64,000 nucleotides of DNA from Eledone cirrhosa (taxonomy: Eukaryota), in the NCBI GenBank assembly GCA_964016885.1, contig OZ024740.1, positions 391,158,001 to 391,222,000 of the forward strand. Reading direction: 5' to 3'. The translations under genes were made by a program, and so were the position numbers. The notes under the pieces were generated by a model. It searched no databases. It was given only the letters and a program-made list of their open reading frames with translations, and had not been told where the DNA came from. This document shows positions 1 through 57,612 of the stretch, piece after piece. Each line of letters opens with the position of its first letter. The stretch's first letter is position 1.

Positions 1-199
1 GCCAATTTGCCACCTAAACAGTAGAAGCATAGAGGCAAAAAGAAGAAAAATTATCATAAAACAGGTACAGTATACATATACAATTATAGATTCATAGAAG
101 CGGATGGTTCACACAGCCTCATAAAGTTAACAGGTGATGAAAAATGGCAAAACACTTGCAGATTAACTGGACAGCAGAAAAAAAAGGAAAGAAAAAGAA

Positions 200-620
200 C
201 TGACTATGAACTCAGACCAAGGGAACAATGTTTCCATTGGTCTTTCCATTGCTGGCATTATCTGCCAGCCGCAACTGCTAGTAGAAGAAAGGGGCTGGTC
301 AACAGATAAAACCAAGGAAACAATATTTCTATTGGTCTTTCCATTGCTGATACTATGTCAGTCACAATTCTTGGTAGAAGAAAGGAGCTGGTCATCAGAA
401 CAAACCAAATAATGTTTCCATTGATCTTTCCATTGTTGATATTATGTCAGTTACAATTCAGTTCAAACCTAGGAAACAATGTTTCTATTGTTGATTCTAT
501 CTGTTGATTGCAATTCCTAGCAGAAGAAAGGAACCAACTGTCAGAACAGACCAAGGAAACTATGTTTTAATTGCTTTTTCCATCAGTAACACTATCTGCT
601 GGTTGCAATTCTTGGCAGAA
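200..620. repeat. Degenerate tandem repeat of about 85-95 bp (further copies at 9265-9360 and 10380-10545)
   Basis: accaaggaaacaat.tttc.attg..ttttccattgctgatactat...gtagaagaaagg units. Confidence 0.7.
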
Positions 621-1914
621 TGAGGCAGGATTTGAACTACGAACACACACAGCTGGATCAGATGCCAAAGATATCCTGCCTGACTCTTTACCAATCCACT
701 GAGCTAGGATTAGCACATTATTTATCAACCCCTGAAAGGATGAAAGGCAAAGTTGACCTCAGCAGGAATATATATCGGTGCTCTATTAACCCAGCCAATT
801 CACTGCCACAGTAGAAACAAAAATTATTACAAAACAGGTTCAATATACATATGGAGACATATATTTATCAAAGCTGATATTTCACGCAGCTTAATGAAAA
901 TCACAGGTTGAGAAAATGGCTAAAATATACAGTTTAAGTAGACAGTAGAACCATAGAGGCTTAAAAAGGAAAACTATTACAAAACAGGCATAGTATACCT
1001 ATAGCAACATATATCAATCGAATCTGATGAGTTATTCAGTTGCTACTCCAAGTTTCCCCCTATGTGTGCTTTTCTGGGCAATAAAAAAGACCTATTATTT
1101 TTGTTACCTGAAGAAACTGACTAGTAATAAAATGAATCATCTTCAAAGAAATAAATATACTCTACTACATGTATTGAGTACTCTTTCTTCTCCCATTTCT
1201 ACATCCACATGTATGTGTGTGATTGTGTATATATATATATATATAAACATATATATATATTCACATATGCAAACAGATACACACACACAACATATATTCA
1301 CATTCATAAATGGATCTTCATCAGTTTTGACGAGTGTTCCAGTAGTTCGATCAATGGAGGAGCCAGTTCATGAAATTAATGCATAAGTGGCTGAACATTC
1401 CACTGCTACTCATGCCCTTAATGGAATTACAGGTACAGTCCATCTGATGGGCTTCCAGACAGTTTCTGTCTACCCAATTTCATTCACAAAGCTTTGGTCA
1501 ACCTGAGGTATGGTAAATGACAATTGCCTAAGATGATTGTAAATAACTTCTTAACCATTTGGCTAAACTGCATTCACACACAAATATATTCACATACACA
1601 GACATATGTATCTTTGTATAATATAATTATGGCCAATTTGATTCATATAAGACAATTATGCACAAATATTAAAATATTTTTTTAATGGTATATTTCTACT
1701 AAATGTATTTTATACAAATATTTTAAATTTATTATAAATAAAAAAATTAAAAAATCAGAGAAAGGTGCAACTTTGTTTTAAAAACTGCGTCCACAGAATC
1801 TTATAAATATGAAAAATAAATAATGTATCATATAGAAGATGTTATTAATAATGTATTGCATAACGCTTAACAGAAACTATGTATGATGTATTACATTATA
1901 TATACTATTTATAA

Positions 1915-2107
1915 ATAATTGTTTCTACTTTTTGGCACAAGGCCAGCAATTACCCAAGTGCATTACTAGTGCTTTATTTTATTGACCCCGTAGAGATGAA
2001 AGGCAAACTAAATGTCAGCGGGATTTGAACTCAGACCATAAAGGGCTGTAACTATGCTGCAAAGCATGGCGTCCGACCCTCTACTGATACTGCAAATCCA
2101 CCACCCT
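1915..2107 (-). mobile_element. Deu/Nin-domain SINE
   Basis: Reverse-complement match to 18886-19080. Confidence 0.78.
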
Positions 2108-2884
2108 TTTATACTATTTATAAATAATGTAACATAACATAGTCTTTATAAAACATAAAATATTATATTATGATTGAAAACATTTGCTTCCCATTTTCTT
2201 TCTTTCCCCATCTTTTTTATGTTTATTTTGTCTCCCATTGGCCTTCTCTATTTATTTTATTTTATTTTTAAATTTCATTTTATATTTTTATATTTTTATA
2301 TTCACAGACCCTAGTCTGTCATGGCTTACTAGCTCTATATGGACGTTTAAATTGATTAAATAAATAAATAAATGTGAGAAAAAAATCTACCCTCTTTGGT
2401 GATCTGGTGCTGCAACAAGAATCCATTATACCTGAATGGCGGTCTTGTTGCTGACATGAAAAAGCACCCAGTCCATCCTGTAAAGAGGTTGTGTCAGTGA
2501 CGATGAAAAAGCACTCAATCCACCCTGTCAGATGGTTATTTTGGTGCCATGATAAAAAGCACCCAGTCAACATTGTAACATGGTTGGAGTTAGGAAGGGC
2601 TTCCAGCCATAGAAACTAAGTCAAAATACATATTTTACCTAAATTATCTCAATGTGATAACCCATCTAACCCATGCAGGCGTGGAAAAAAAGACATTCAA
2701 CGGTGTTGATGATGATGATACTAGTGCATGTAAGCAATATATATATATATATATATCATCATCATCATCATCATCATCGTTTTTACATCAGTATATCCCA
2801 TGCTTACATGGGTTGGACATGTATATGTATATGTATATATATATATATATGTATATGTATATTATATATATATGTATATATATC

Positions 2885-3226
2885 ATTTTCATTTCATTTC
2901 ATTTTACGTCCGCTTTTTCCCTGCTTGCAAGGGTGGGACGGGAACTGATTCTGGCTTGATTTCTACAGCTGGATGCCCTTCCTAACACCAACCTCATTTA
3001 CAGTGAGTGCTGGGTGCTTTTTTTGCCGTGGCACCTCCATGACCACTTTGCAGTGGAATGATAGGGACCCCAGTCCCTATCATCTCATTTCTACAGCTGA
3101 GTAAACTGGAGCAATGTGAAATAAAGTGTCTTGCTCAAGGAAACAACACATCACCCGGTCTGAGAATTGAACTCAACCTTTCGATTGCAAGGCCAATGCT
3201 CTAACCACTAAGCCATGTGCCTCCAT
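2885..3226 (-). mobile_element. tRNA-derived SINE, same family as 62455
   Basis: Reverse-complement match including the A/B boxes. Confidence 0.85.
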
Positions 3227-3518
3227 ATATATGTATGTATGTATGTGCAGTGCCTTTGCTCACTATAAAAGCTTCACGGCACAGGCATTGCTTCATATCT
3301 GGAGATCTTTCTGCACTTGTCGTCACATGGTACCATGGGCCCAGCACTATGTGTCAATCATTGTCACAAGTGTAGTGTTTGTACCAGAGTTTTCAAGTCG
3401 GTGGCTGGACTAAAATGTCACACCCGTTCAGCGCATCGGTAGGGGTTCTCCTACATGGATATAAAGTAGTGGCCGTACTCGAAAACGAGTTGGCAGCCAC
3501 CATGTATGTATGTATGTA

Positions 3519-4188
3519 TCATCATCATCATCATCAACGTTTAACGTCCGTGTTCCACGCTTGCATGGGTTTGGACGGGGGTAGTCCCACTTGAGGCAAG
3601 AGTGATTGTCTTGCTCGCATAGGACTGTCTGGCAGGTTTTCTACAGTTGGATGCCCTTCCTAACACCAACCACATTTACAGTGTGGGTCTGGGAGGTTTT
3701 TACCGTGTTGCCTACACGGCCACATTACAGCGTGGACTGTGTGTTTTTTTGTCGTGACACCTACACGATCTCATTTGTTTCGGCCTGGATGGCGCGGCAC
3801 CAACATAACTTTACATAGAACGGGGTGGTGTATTTTGTTAGAGATGCCTACTGGCTGTAGTAGGTTTTACTATATATTTAGGTAAGGCGGGTCTTCTCTG
3901 TTACTGAGTACCGCCAAAGGTCTCGGTCCAGTGACATTGTCTTGGAGAGGTGTAAGTGTGTGATGTCGGAGTTTATCAGCTCGTCCCAGGTTTTTCTAGG
4001 TCTGCCTATTCCGTGACTACCGTCTATCTTTATTGCCCTGCACTTTGTTATACAGCTATCGACTTTCATGCGCATCACGTGTCCATACCAACGTAGCCTT
4101 CTCTCGAGTAAACAACATCTGATCCCTCTTATCTCTAATTTTTTCCTTAGTTCGTTTATGCTTTGCCGTTCACGTATATTACTGTTAC

Positions 4189-4190
<2 letters not shown>
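3519..4190 (-). mobile_element. RTE LINE 3' fragment
   Basis: ORF 3878-4192 nearly identical to 29302-29612; same tail. Confidence 0.88.
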
Positions 4191-4653
<463 letters not shown>

Positions 4654-4659
<6 letters not shown>

Positions 4660-4946
4660 TAAATAAAAGTCAAATGATTAAAATTTAGCTTCGCCCACCA
4701 CTGCCATATACATTTCAGTGACAGCCATCCTTGGCCGTGACCTCCTCAGGCAGCCTGAACCAGCAATCCATAGAGAGGTACATATGTTGTTTAGGTGTAT
4801 GATACCTAAACAACATATGTACTTGTCTACAGATTACCAATTCAAACCGCCTGAAGAGGCCACAGCCAAAGATGGCCGTCACTGAAACACATATAGCAGC
4901 AACAAACGAAGCCAAATTTCAATCATTTGACCCTTATTTAACTTTA
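4654..4946 (-). repeat. Gap-free inverted repeat with 143-bp arms (long hairpin), probably from a Penelope-like pLTR, with an A-to-G hyper-editing signature
   Basis: Arms 4654-4796 and 4804-4946, loop GTATGAT; hand alignment gives 31 mismatches, 29 of them G.U on the minus strand. Confidence 0.9.
4846..4900 (+). ncRNA. Mutated minimal type-I hammerhead ribozyme (mirror copy at 4700-4754, minus strand)
   Basis: CTGAAGA (4851-4857), stem II, GAAA (4884-4887); the two-arm consensus restores stem I ACTGC/GCAGT and an AUA cleavage triplet. Confidence 0.65.
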
Positions 4947-5048
4947 ATTTACACTACTCCGGAGTAACCAAACCAACCTGCGCACTTCGTCGAGTGCTCC
5001 AGCCTGCATACTGAGGTGTTGGTATACAACCAACATAAACTCAAAATC

Positions 5049-8570
<3,522 letters not shown>

Positions 8571-11500
8571 GAGTCCTGGGTTCAATCGGGGGTAACCACA
8601 TTTAATGAGGTACTCAATACATTGGTAGAGTGTAAAAATCATGTTTAATATAGAAATGCCTTTTACAAGGCTAGAATAGGCTTTCCTGATGATTTCTTTT
8701 GAATGTAACAGTTCTAGTCTTGTAGAAGCCATTTCTATATTATATTACATGCGCTGTAAAGTTAGCAAAACTAAAGAAAAATATTTTGAAATATATTAAC
8801 TAATCAGTGCATGTCAATATGAAAAAAAGAAATGGAAGACATATACAAGACAAAAAGAGACATTGACACACAGACAAATGATTATTATGTCAAAACAAAG
8901 CCATGTTAAGACATATAGTTATGAGAACTGGTATGACTGTAGATGAATAAATAAACAATCTTTGACATTCATTAGCAATCTGATGGGATTCTCTGTTAGT
9001 TTTGACATTGAGCATTACCAGATTTAGACATGGTTTAAACAAGCTACAAATCAGGGGCCTTCAAATAATAAAAAGGTATATGTTTTCAGTTTCTGTGAAA
9101 GCCCTGAGTTTTATATAGCTTACAGCCTCATTAAGTTTAAATCCAGCACTAATGATGATGATTATTCATGTGTTTGATCGGCTGTACTGCTAACTGGTTA
9201 AAGTAACATGTTAATGGGTGAGGATTTCACGGACACATGTAATCTTAATGTACTGAAAGAAAAGGAAGAGAGCCGGTCATTAAATCTGATCAAGGAAACC
9301 ATATTTTTGTTTGTTTTTTCATTGGTGATACTACCTACTGGTCACAACTCTTCATGGCAGATGTGTCACTGCTTTACTGGTAACAGTAGCTGGGTTTTGA
9401 ACTCAGAATGTCCAGACCCAGAACAGATACAATAAAGCAACCCATCTGCCAATCCACTTCCCATGGACTGGTATTTTATTTTATAGTCCCAGAAAGGATG
9501 AAAAGTAAAATTGACCATGGTGGTATTTGCAGAGAGACAGAACAAATACCAAGGTATTTAATAAAACAACACAACTAATTGTTAGGCCAAATCAGCATGA
9601 TAAAATACGTTACATGGCTGAAGCTTGGAATTACGGATACAATCTATCTGACAGGCTTCCACAGTTTCTGCCAGTCCCATTTCAACCACAAGGATAGATC
9701 AATTCAATACTATGGTAAAAGACACCTGTTCTGGTGTCATGCAGTCAGATCAAACTAGGAGCCTTGTGATTAGCAAAATTAACTTCTTAACCACTCAGCC
9801 ATGCTTGTGTACACATTAGCAATCAACTATATGTCAACAACACACAAATTAAATAAATATATATATAAATAAGTAAATTTGAGGAACTAAAAAATGGTAA
9901 ACAAAAGAAATATAGCTATGAGGATATATCAAAAACAACTATTGTCTATTTCTAGACTGAATTTTAAAAAAAAATGTAAATCATTTTTTTGTTACAAACT
10001 TGTGTACATATGCATACATATACATACATATATATATATATATACATACATACAAAAATTCAGATTGGAAATTAATTCTTTTTTTTTTTTTTTTCATGAT
10101 ATAGAAATATAGAAATGGCATTTAGTGCTCAGCAAATTATTTTTCATTTTTTTTTTCTCTTAAGTAAAATTGTAGCTTCAATTAAAAAAACAACAAAAGG
10201 AATGAAAAAAAAAAATTTTGAATAATCAATTGAAAATTTCAATTATTTTTAGGATTCTTTCGTGTTCATTGATCCAATAGTTTTAAAACAAGTTATTTTT
10301 AATTATAATTTTTCTTTTTAAAGGAGAAAAAAGGTTATGAACCAAAAGCCTGTTTCAAATTATATATATATATATATAGGAAAGGAGCCAATGATCAGAT
10401 AGGACCAAGGAAATAATGTTTCCATTGCTGATACTATCTGCCTGTCACAAGTCCTGGTAGAAGGAAGGAGACAATCATCAGATCAGACCAAGGAAACAAT
10501 ATTTCTATTGCTGATAGTCTCTGATGGTTGCAACTCATGACAGAATGAAATAAAGTATTTTGCTCAAGAACCCAAATCACTACACAGTCAATGAATTGAA
10601 CCCATGACATTATGATCAGGAGTCCAACACCCTACCCTAACCACCTTCATTAACTTTTGCTCTTTATTCACTACAACTACAGTATACTGCAGCTTATAAG
10701 ATTTCAACAGAGGGGAATAAACTTGCCTGAGGCCTCTGGCTGAAAATTTCATTAGGGTCCTACCATCAGACTGATGTAAGGGCCTTAATGAAGTTATTAA
10801 TGAAAAGGGGGCATATATTTGCAATCAGGTATATTTGCTTCTCCTTGCACTCTTTATCATCAAATACATCTAGGTATAATATTTATGGTAGCAACAATTT
10901 TATTTAGAGCACTTTAAATATTGGAGGTCCTCTAGCTATACGTTAAAGTCGTGTCAGCCCCTAATCTACTATTTTTTTAGGGGTCCCCAAGCTACAACCC
11001 AGAGAGCCCTTACGCCTCTAGATACAACTTAGTCCCAACCCACTCCTTATTGTAGGCCCCCTTAACTTCAACCCGGAGAGCCCCTAACCCACTCCTTACT
11101 GTGGGTTCAGTGGCTACAACCTAGTCAGCCCCTAACCAACTCACTGTGGGTCCACTGGCTACAGCCTAATCCACCCCCAACCCCTCATTGAGTCCACTGG
11201 CTACAGCCTAGTCAGCGCATAACCCATTTCTTATTGTGGGGTCCTTCTAGCTACAGGCTAGTCAGCTCCCTACCCACACCTTAATCCACAACTCAGTTTC
11301 AACATGGTAAATAATAAAGATGCATTCTCTGGAGATCCATGGATCAAAAGTCAGTTTATCAAATGTTTTGTTCATGTAAGGATTTGAGCTTTGTGTTGTA
11401 ACTGAATAAAATGGTTGTGAAATCATACAGCTTAGTTTGTGAAAGCCAAGTGGTTAGGGTGTTGAACTCACAATCATAAGATTGTCAGTTCAATTCTTGG

Positions 11501-12351
11501 AATGGGCACAGTTTTGTGTTCTTGAAGAAGACATTTCATTTCACATTACTTTTCATGATAGGATCAAGACATATGGCGAAACCTCCTATAAGATGCAACC
11601 TTGTAGGGGGACAGGTAAACCAACATAGGTTTGAGCTGTACCAACATGATAGGAGTGGAGCAACTATTGTTAAAATGCTAGAGAAACTTCCTATGAGATG
11701 CAACCTTGTAGGGGGGGGGGGGGCAGCTAAATCTACATAGGTATGAGCTGTAACAACTACATGATAATACTGGGGCAGCTATTGTTAAAATATCTTAGAA
11801 ACTTCCTAACAGATGCAACCTTGTAGGAGCCAGCTAAACTTATAGGTGTCAGCTGTAATAACAACATAAACAACAATTATCAGAGCTGTTTTGAAATGTT
11901 CAAGGTCTTGATAATGTGGTTTCATGTGATACAGGACATTAAGAGTTAATGTGACACAGTAATAGAACTGTTTTGAACTTTTTAAGAATTCCTTGTTAAT
12001 ATGGTTTCATGTGGTACAGGATGTTATGAGTTAATATTAATACTAGAAGTGACTATCATCTGATTAGGGCAAAAACTAAGATTAATATGAGACTAAAAAA
12101 AATATACAAATCCTTCAAATAAATATTAAACAGAAATATGAATATAAATTGAAAGACAAAATAGATTTGAAGTGTTAAATGATGAGACGTCAAAGTAAAA
12201 TGTAGATTTACATGTAAAGATGATTGACATTATCAGAGACATCACACTTATGGGAGCATGGAGAAAGAAATATTACATTGCTAGACACACACATATATAC
12301 ATAGCTAGACATAAATACACATACATTTCTAGAAATACATACACATTGTAA

Positions 12352-12389
<38 letters not shown>

Positions 12390-13351
12390 GGAAGGGGTCA
12401 TTAAAAATACAGTCTTTCTTTCGTTATTCCTGTTTAACATAAAACATGGTATTTGTCTCTAAGAGGAGGGAATTGTGTTACTATTGTTGCTGGTTATATT
12501 TGTCCAGTAGTCTCTTTAGTGTGACAAATAACCTTCTGTGGTGTAGAGTGGTGGTTTGTTGTGGGGTATACTATTTTACCCCCTTCCTTCAGTGAGCATA
12601 TGGTACACAAGTAGACAACCAAACCAAACAGCCAACTGGCATTTCTCTCTGTGACCATCCTGTGTCTATTGTGGGTCACACTACAGCTGGATTAAAACAA
12701 CTTGAGGCCCTGGGCTAGAGACATAATATTCTGTGTCTATTTTGGATCACACCAAGACTGGATTAAAACAACTTATGGTCCTGGAATAGAGACAATATCC
12801 TGTGTCTATTGTGGGTCATAACCTGGCTGGATTAAAACAACTTGAGGCCCTGTACATGAATGCAGCCTCACACATAGAACAATGTTGAAATTTCAAGATT
12901 GATCTATGCTGTCCTCTAAAACAGAGGTGACATCCAAAGAAAAATTAATGTATTTAATAACAATTATAATATTGTAAATTTTGACAAAAATATTGTTTCA
13001 TAGATACATTTTAATATATATTTAGAACAATACAGGACCCCCTAGACTGTGAAGCTCTGGGCTGAAGCCCCCATAGCCAATATATAAATTTGGTACTGGA
13101 TTATAGTCATAAGTCTAGTGCTACTGCTAAAAACAGTAGCTAACTGTTAACTAGGGGAAATTTTAATTGCTAGCTTGAGCAAGGTGAGCATAATATAAGG
13201 TAGATAATAATGAAGGTGTGTGGCCTAGTAGTTAGAGTCATTGGACTCATGATCATGAAGTCATGAGTTTGATTCTTGGACGAGATGATACTTTGTGTTT
13301 TTGAGCAAGTGGCTTCATTTCATGATGCTTTTCATGATAAGATACAAGCTT

Positions 13352-13762
13352 GTAAGCCAGCTCAACCTACATAAATGTGAGCTGTAACAATGTATGGGGC
13401 CAGCTCAACCTACATATGTGTGAGCCGTAACAATGTAGGAGGCTAGCTCAACCTACATATGTGTGAGCCGTAACAATGTAGGTCAGCTCAACCTACATGT
13501 AACAATGTAGGAGGTCAGCTCAACCTACATGAGTGTGAGCTCTAACAATGTAGGAGGTCAGCTCAACCTACATAAATGTGAGCTGTAACAATGTAATGGG
13601 CCAGCTCAACCTACATATGTGTGAGCTGTAACAATATAGAAGGTCAGCTCAACCTACATGGGTGTGAGCTGTAACAATGTAGGAGGTCAGCTCAACCTAC
13701 ATATGTGTGAGCTGTAACACTGTAGGAGGCTAGCTCAACCTACATAGGGGTGAGCCGTAACA
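13352..13762. repeat. Minisatellite with unit of about 42 bp
   Basis: Unit cagctcaacctacatatgtgtgagctgtaacaatgtaggaggt; related repeats at 11580-11860. Confidence 0.85.
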
Positions 13763-13951
13763 AAAACAATAAGAACAATATAAAGTAGATAAACAAAGTG
13801 TAGGCTTATACATACATAAAAAATTAACATTTACAAAAACTTGGAATTTCTCAAAATAAAATAAATAAATAATTTACAAAATTGAATAACACTGCAGAAT
13901 ATATATACATATAAATATAAAAAAACAAACAAATTTGAAGATTGTCGTTGA

Positions 13952-54660
<40,709 letters not shown>

Positions 54661-54708
54661 TGTTTAAGTTGTTTTTGTTTCTAATAAATATCTTTGAAAC
54701 GTTTCCTC

Positions 54709-54745
54709 CTATGTAATAAAGAAAATAAATTAATAAAAGAAAATT
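54709..54745 (-). promoter_or_regulatory. Probable splice acceptor 48 nt upstream of the SLC46 ATG, implying an upstream non-coding exon
   Basis: Minus strand ttttcttttattaatttattttctttattacatAG|GAGG: pyrimidine-rich tract plus AG. Confidence 0.45.
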
Positions 54746-56467
54746 ACACTTCAACGTTATACAAGTATATATGTGCGTCCGATTGTGTTTGTTTTTAATA
54801 TACATATACTAAATCATTTGTTTTAAGTCATACATTTCTTGGATTTTTCTTATAAAAAAACTGGGGTTACAACTTGTTTTTGAGAGACGAAAAATGTTTC
54901 GTCGGGAAAATACAGCTGTTTTCTTAAAACCAGTCTGTTCGGGATTTATTTTGTACCGGATAAAATTTCGCTAGTAATGAGTGCCACTTATAAAAAAAAA
55001 AAAATATCGCGCAATTCACGAACACCTGAACAATGGTTTTTCTTACAAAGTAGAACAGTCTGAATAACTCCGGCATATATTATTTGTCTTTGAACGAGAG
55101 ATAATCGTGTAGTAGAATTCAGAATTACTTTAATATGAAAATAACTGATTGTTAACGTTTTCGATGTTTTATATTAAATACATAATATTGTGTGAGAGCA
55201 AAAAGGGTGTGATTATGAAGAATCACACCTTAAAATTATTTAAATTTTACCTGAGTCACCAAAAATACTGTTGAAATGTTAAGAAAAAACCCCTGCGTGT
55301 AGCCAGTCTTTCTTGATTATAGAGAAATATTTCGAGGCAGGTGATATAGGTGAATGACAATTTTAAGTTTGTCACGACTTAAAGTTGCTATTTGTATTAC
55401 ATACAATTCCTCTATTCATATAACATAGACACACACAAAATATAACAGCTATTTCTTTCTTCTACAAATTATGTAGTTACAAATGGTGTCAAAACATTTA
55501 CATCTAAATCCAGTTAAATAAAAAAGAAATATTTACAATCCAACACGTACCGAGCGAAAAAAAAGGTATATATATAGATAGATGTTTGTGTGTGTGTGTG
55601 TGTAATATATATATGCTTAGATGAGCATCATCTGAAAATCCGAGTGTAGATTTTCGCTCGTAGATTGAGTTATTTTCTTTCGTCTTCTTCAGTTGATGTG
55701 TGTGTGTGTGTCAATAATTGCGATGTGTTAATGTTTCAAATGTCCTTTCTCACAGCAAATATTCTGATGCGGTCTGTGTGTCTTTCCGTTGATGGCAACC
55801 GCATGTCATGTCAGTTAATTTTTCACCCAAGACTCCCGTGTTTATCTTCTCGCTACACTGTTTTAACTAACGGACATGACCTGAGATATCAGCAGGAATT
55901 ATATATAATACAACTACTTTTACTTCCGGGTCCTGGCTTGCCACGACTGCAAGCAATCGTTACATCTTAATAAAACACTACCAACCACATTTATCATTAC
56001 ACGCAGTTAATTCATCTTCCCTCTTATTATATCACTGCTTCTTCTGCTTTCACAAGACACTCTTTGTTGTTATTTAGCTGCTAAAACTACACAACATAGA
56101 AAACAAGCTACGTCTCTACCATTTTGTTTATTACAAAACGAAACTAAAAATAAAATGTTTAGAGGGCAACACCAACACCAACATTAACTGTTGTTGAGTG
56201 TAATTATTTGGGTGTGTACGCCCAAATAATCTTTTTTCCTTATTTTTGAATCTTTTTTTAATTTTATTTGTTCCTTTTGTAAACCATAAACATTATATAA
56301 AATATATATTACCTCAAAATAAAAGAAATCATCTCGAGAAATTATATTTTTTCTACGAGGGAATCTCTATATCGAGGATTTTGAATGTGGAGTTCACAGG
56401 GCAGCAACATAAATATTTAGGCTTTAAAAAATTTCTAAATTTTACAGAGCTCGAAGGGGCTATGGTG

Positions 56468-56522
56468 ACGTTGTAGTGCACCTGACCATTGTACACAATA
56501 ATTTCATTATTATTATCATTAT
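56468..56522 (+). mobile_element. Short 3' stub of the same CR1/L2-group LINE
   Basis: gttgtagtgcacctga..tgtacacaataatttcattattattat matches 24125-24180. Confidence 0.7.
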
Positions 56523-56604
56523 CCTCACCCGTAAATTTCCACGGGGAAAAAAAATCATCATAGTGAAGTAATTTAACACTTAATTTCCATCTCCTCCTCT
56601 CTCT

Positions 56605-56698
<94 letters not shown>

Positions 56699-56699
<1 letters not shown>

Positions 56700-57082
56700 A
56701 TTATTGACGGGCGTGAGAATGTATTCAATACCGACGTAGAGTTTAAATATTAATGAGCTTTGATCTCGTGAGTGTGAAGGTGAAATTCCAGTGTAACAAG
56801 GCTCACCCCTAAAATGAAAATGTGTGTGTGTGTATATATATATATACACACACACTGTGTATGTATATTATTGACGGGCGTGAAAATGTATTCAATACCG
56901 ACGTAGAGTTTAAATATTAAAGAGCTTTGATACACACACACACATTTTCATTTTAGGGGTGAGCCTTGTTACACTGGAATTTCACCTTCACACTCACGAG
57001 ATCAAAGCTCTTTAATATTTAAACTCTACGTCGGTATTGAATACATTTTCACGCCCGTCAATAATATACATACACAGTGTGT
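56699..57082. repeat. Near-perfect direct plus inverted triplication (palindrome) of a 130-150 bp unit
   Basis: 56699-56833 forward, 56852-56931 partial forward, 56930-57082 reverse complement; two substitutions seen. Confidence 0.85.
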
Positions 57083-57295
57083 CAAAAAGGTTATATTTCA
57101 AAAGATTTTATTTTTTAAACAAATGACCATATAATCATGCGGTGTATCAAAAAGGATCATCCGATTTTATTTACAATTTTTACAAATGCTCAATATGTAA
57201 ATAACTTAATAAAAAAATTATGACCGTTATTAAAAGAGAATAAAACTTTATATTCAGACACGTATTGTACAAGTTACCGCATGATTATATGGTCA

Positions 57296-57612
57296 CAGAC
57301 CTGCCAACCTCTAAAAACCCAAACGAGGAGTACCATGAAAAAATTTGAATGCAACTCTACCAGGCGATAAACATGCAGTAAAATAACTTAAATGAACAAT
57401 TAAAATACAATGACAGCAGACCTGCCAACCTCTAAAAACCCAAACGAGGAATACTATGAAAAAAGTGCCCCAAAACTGGGGAGAAATGAGGTAAAATGGG
57501 GGAGATTTTACATAATAAAAGCTATAACCATTTTCATAAGAGAAGACATCTCTCACCCATCCCAAAGTGGTTGGGAGATCTCCTTGTCGGATGGGGAGAG
57601 TTGATAGGTCTG
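57296..57612. mobile_element. MITE with 6-bp TSD (superfamily unresolved)
   Basis: TIR CAGACCTGCCAAC / GTTGATAGGTCTG; TGGTCA duplicated at 57290-57295 and 57613-57618; internal copy of the left end at 57417. Confidence 0.7.

Noticed and set aside
13352-13762. Regular repeats resembling a CRISPR array
   Set aside because: No unique spacers, eukaryotic context and no cas genes; it is a minisatellite.
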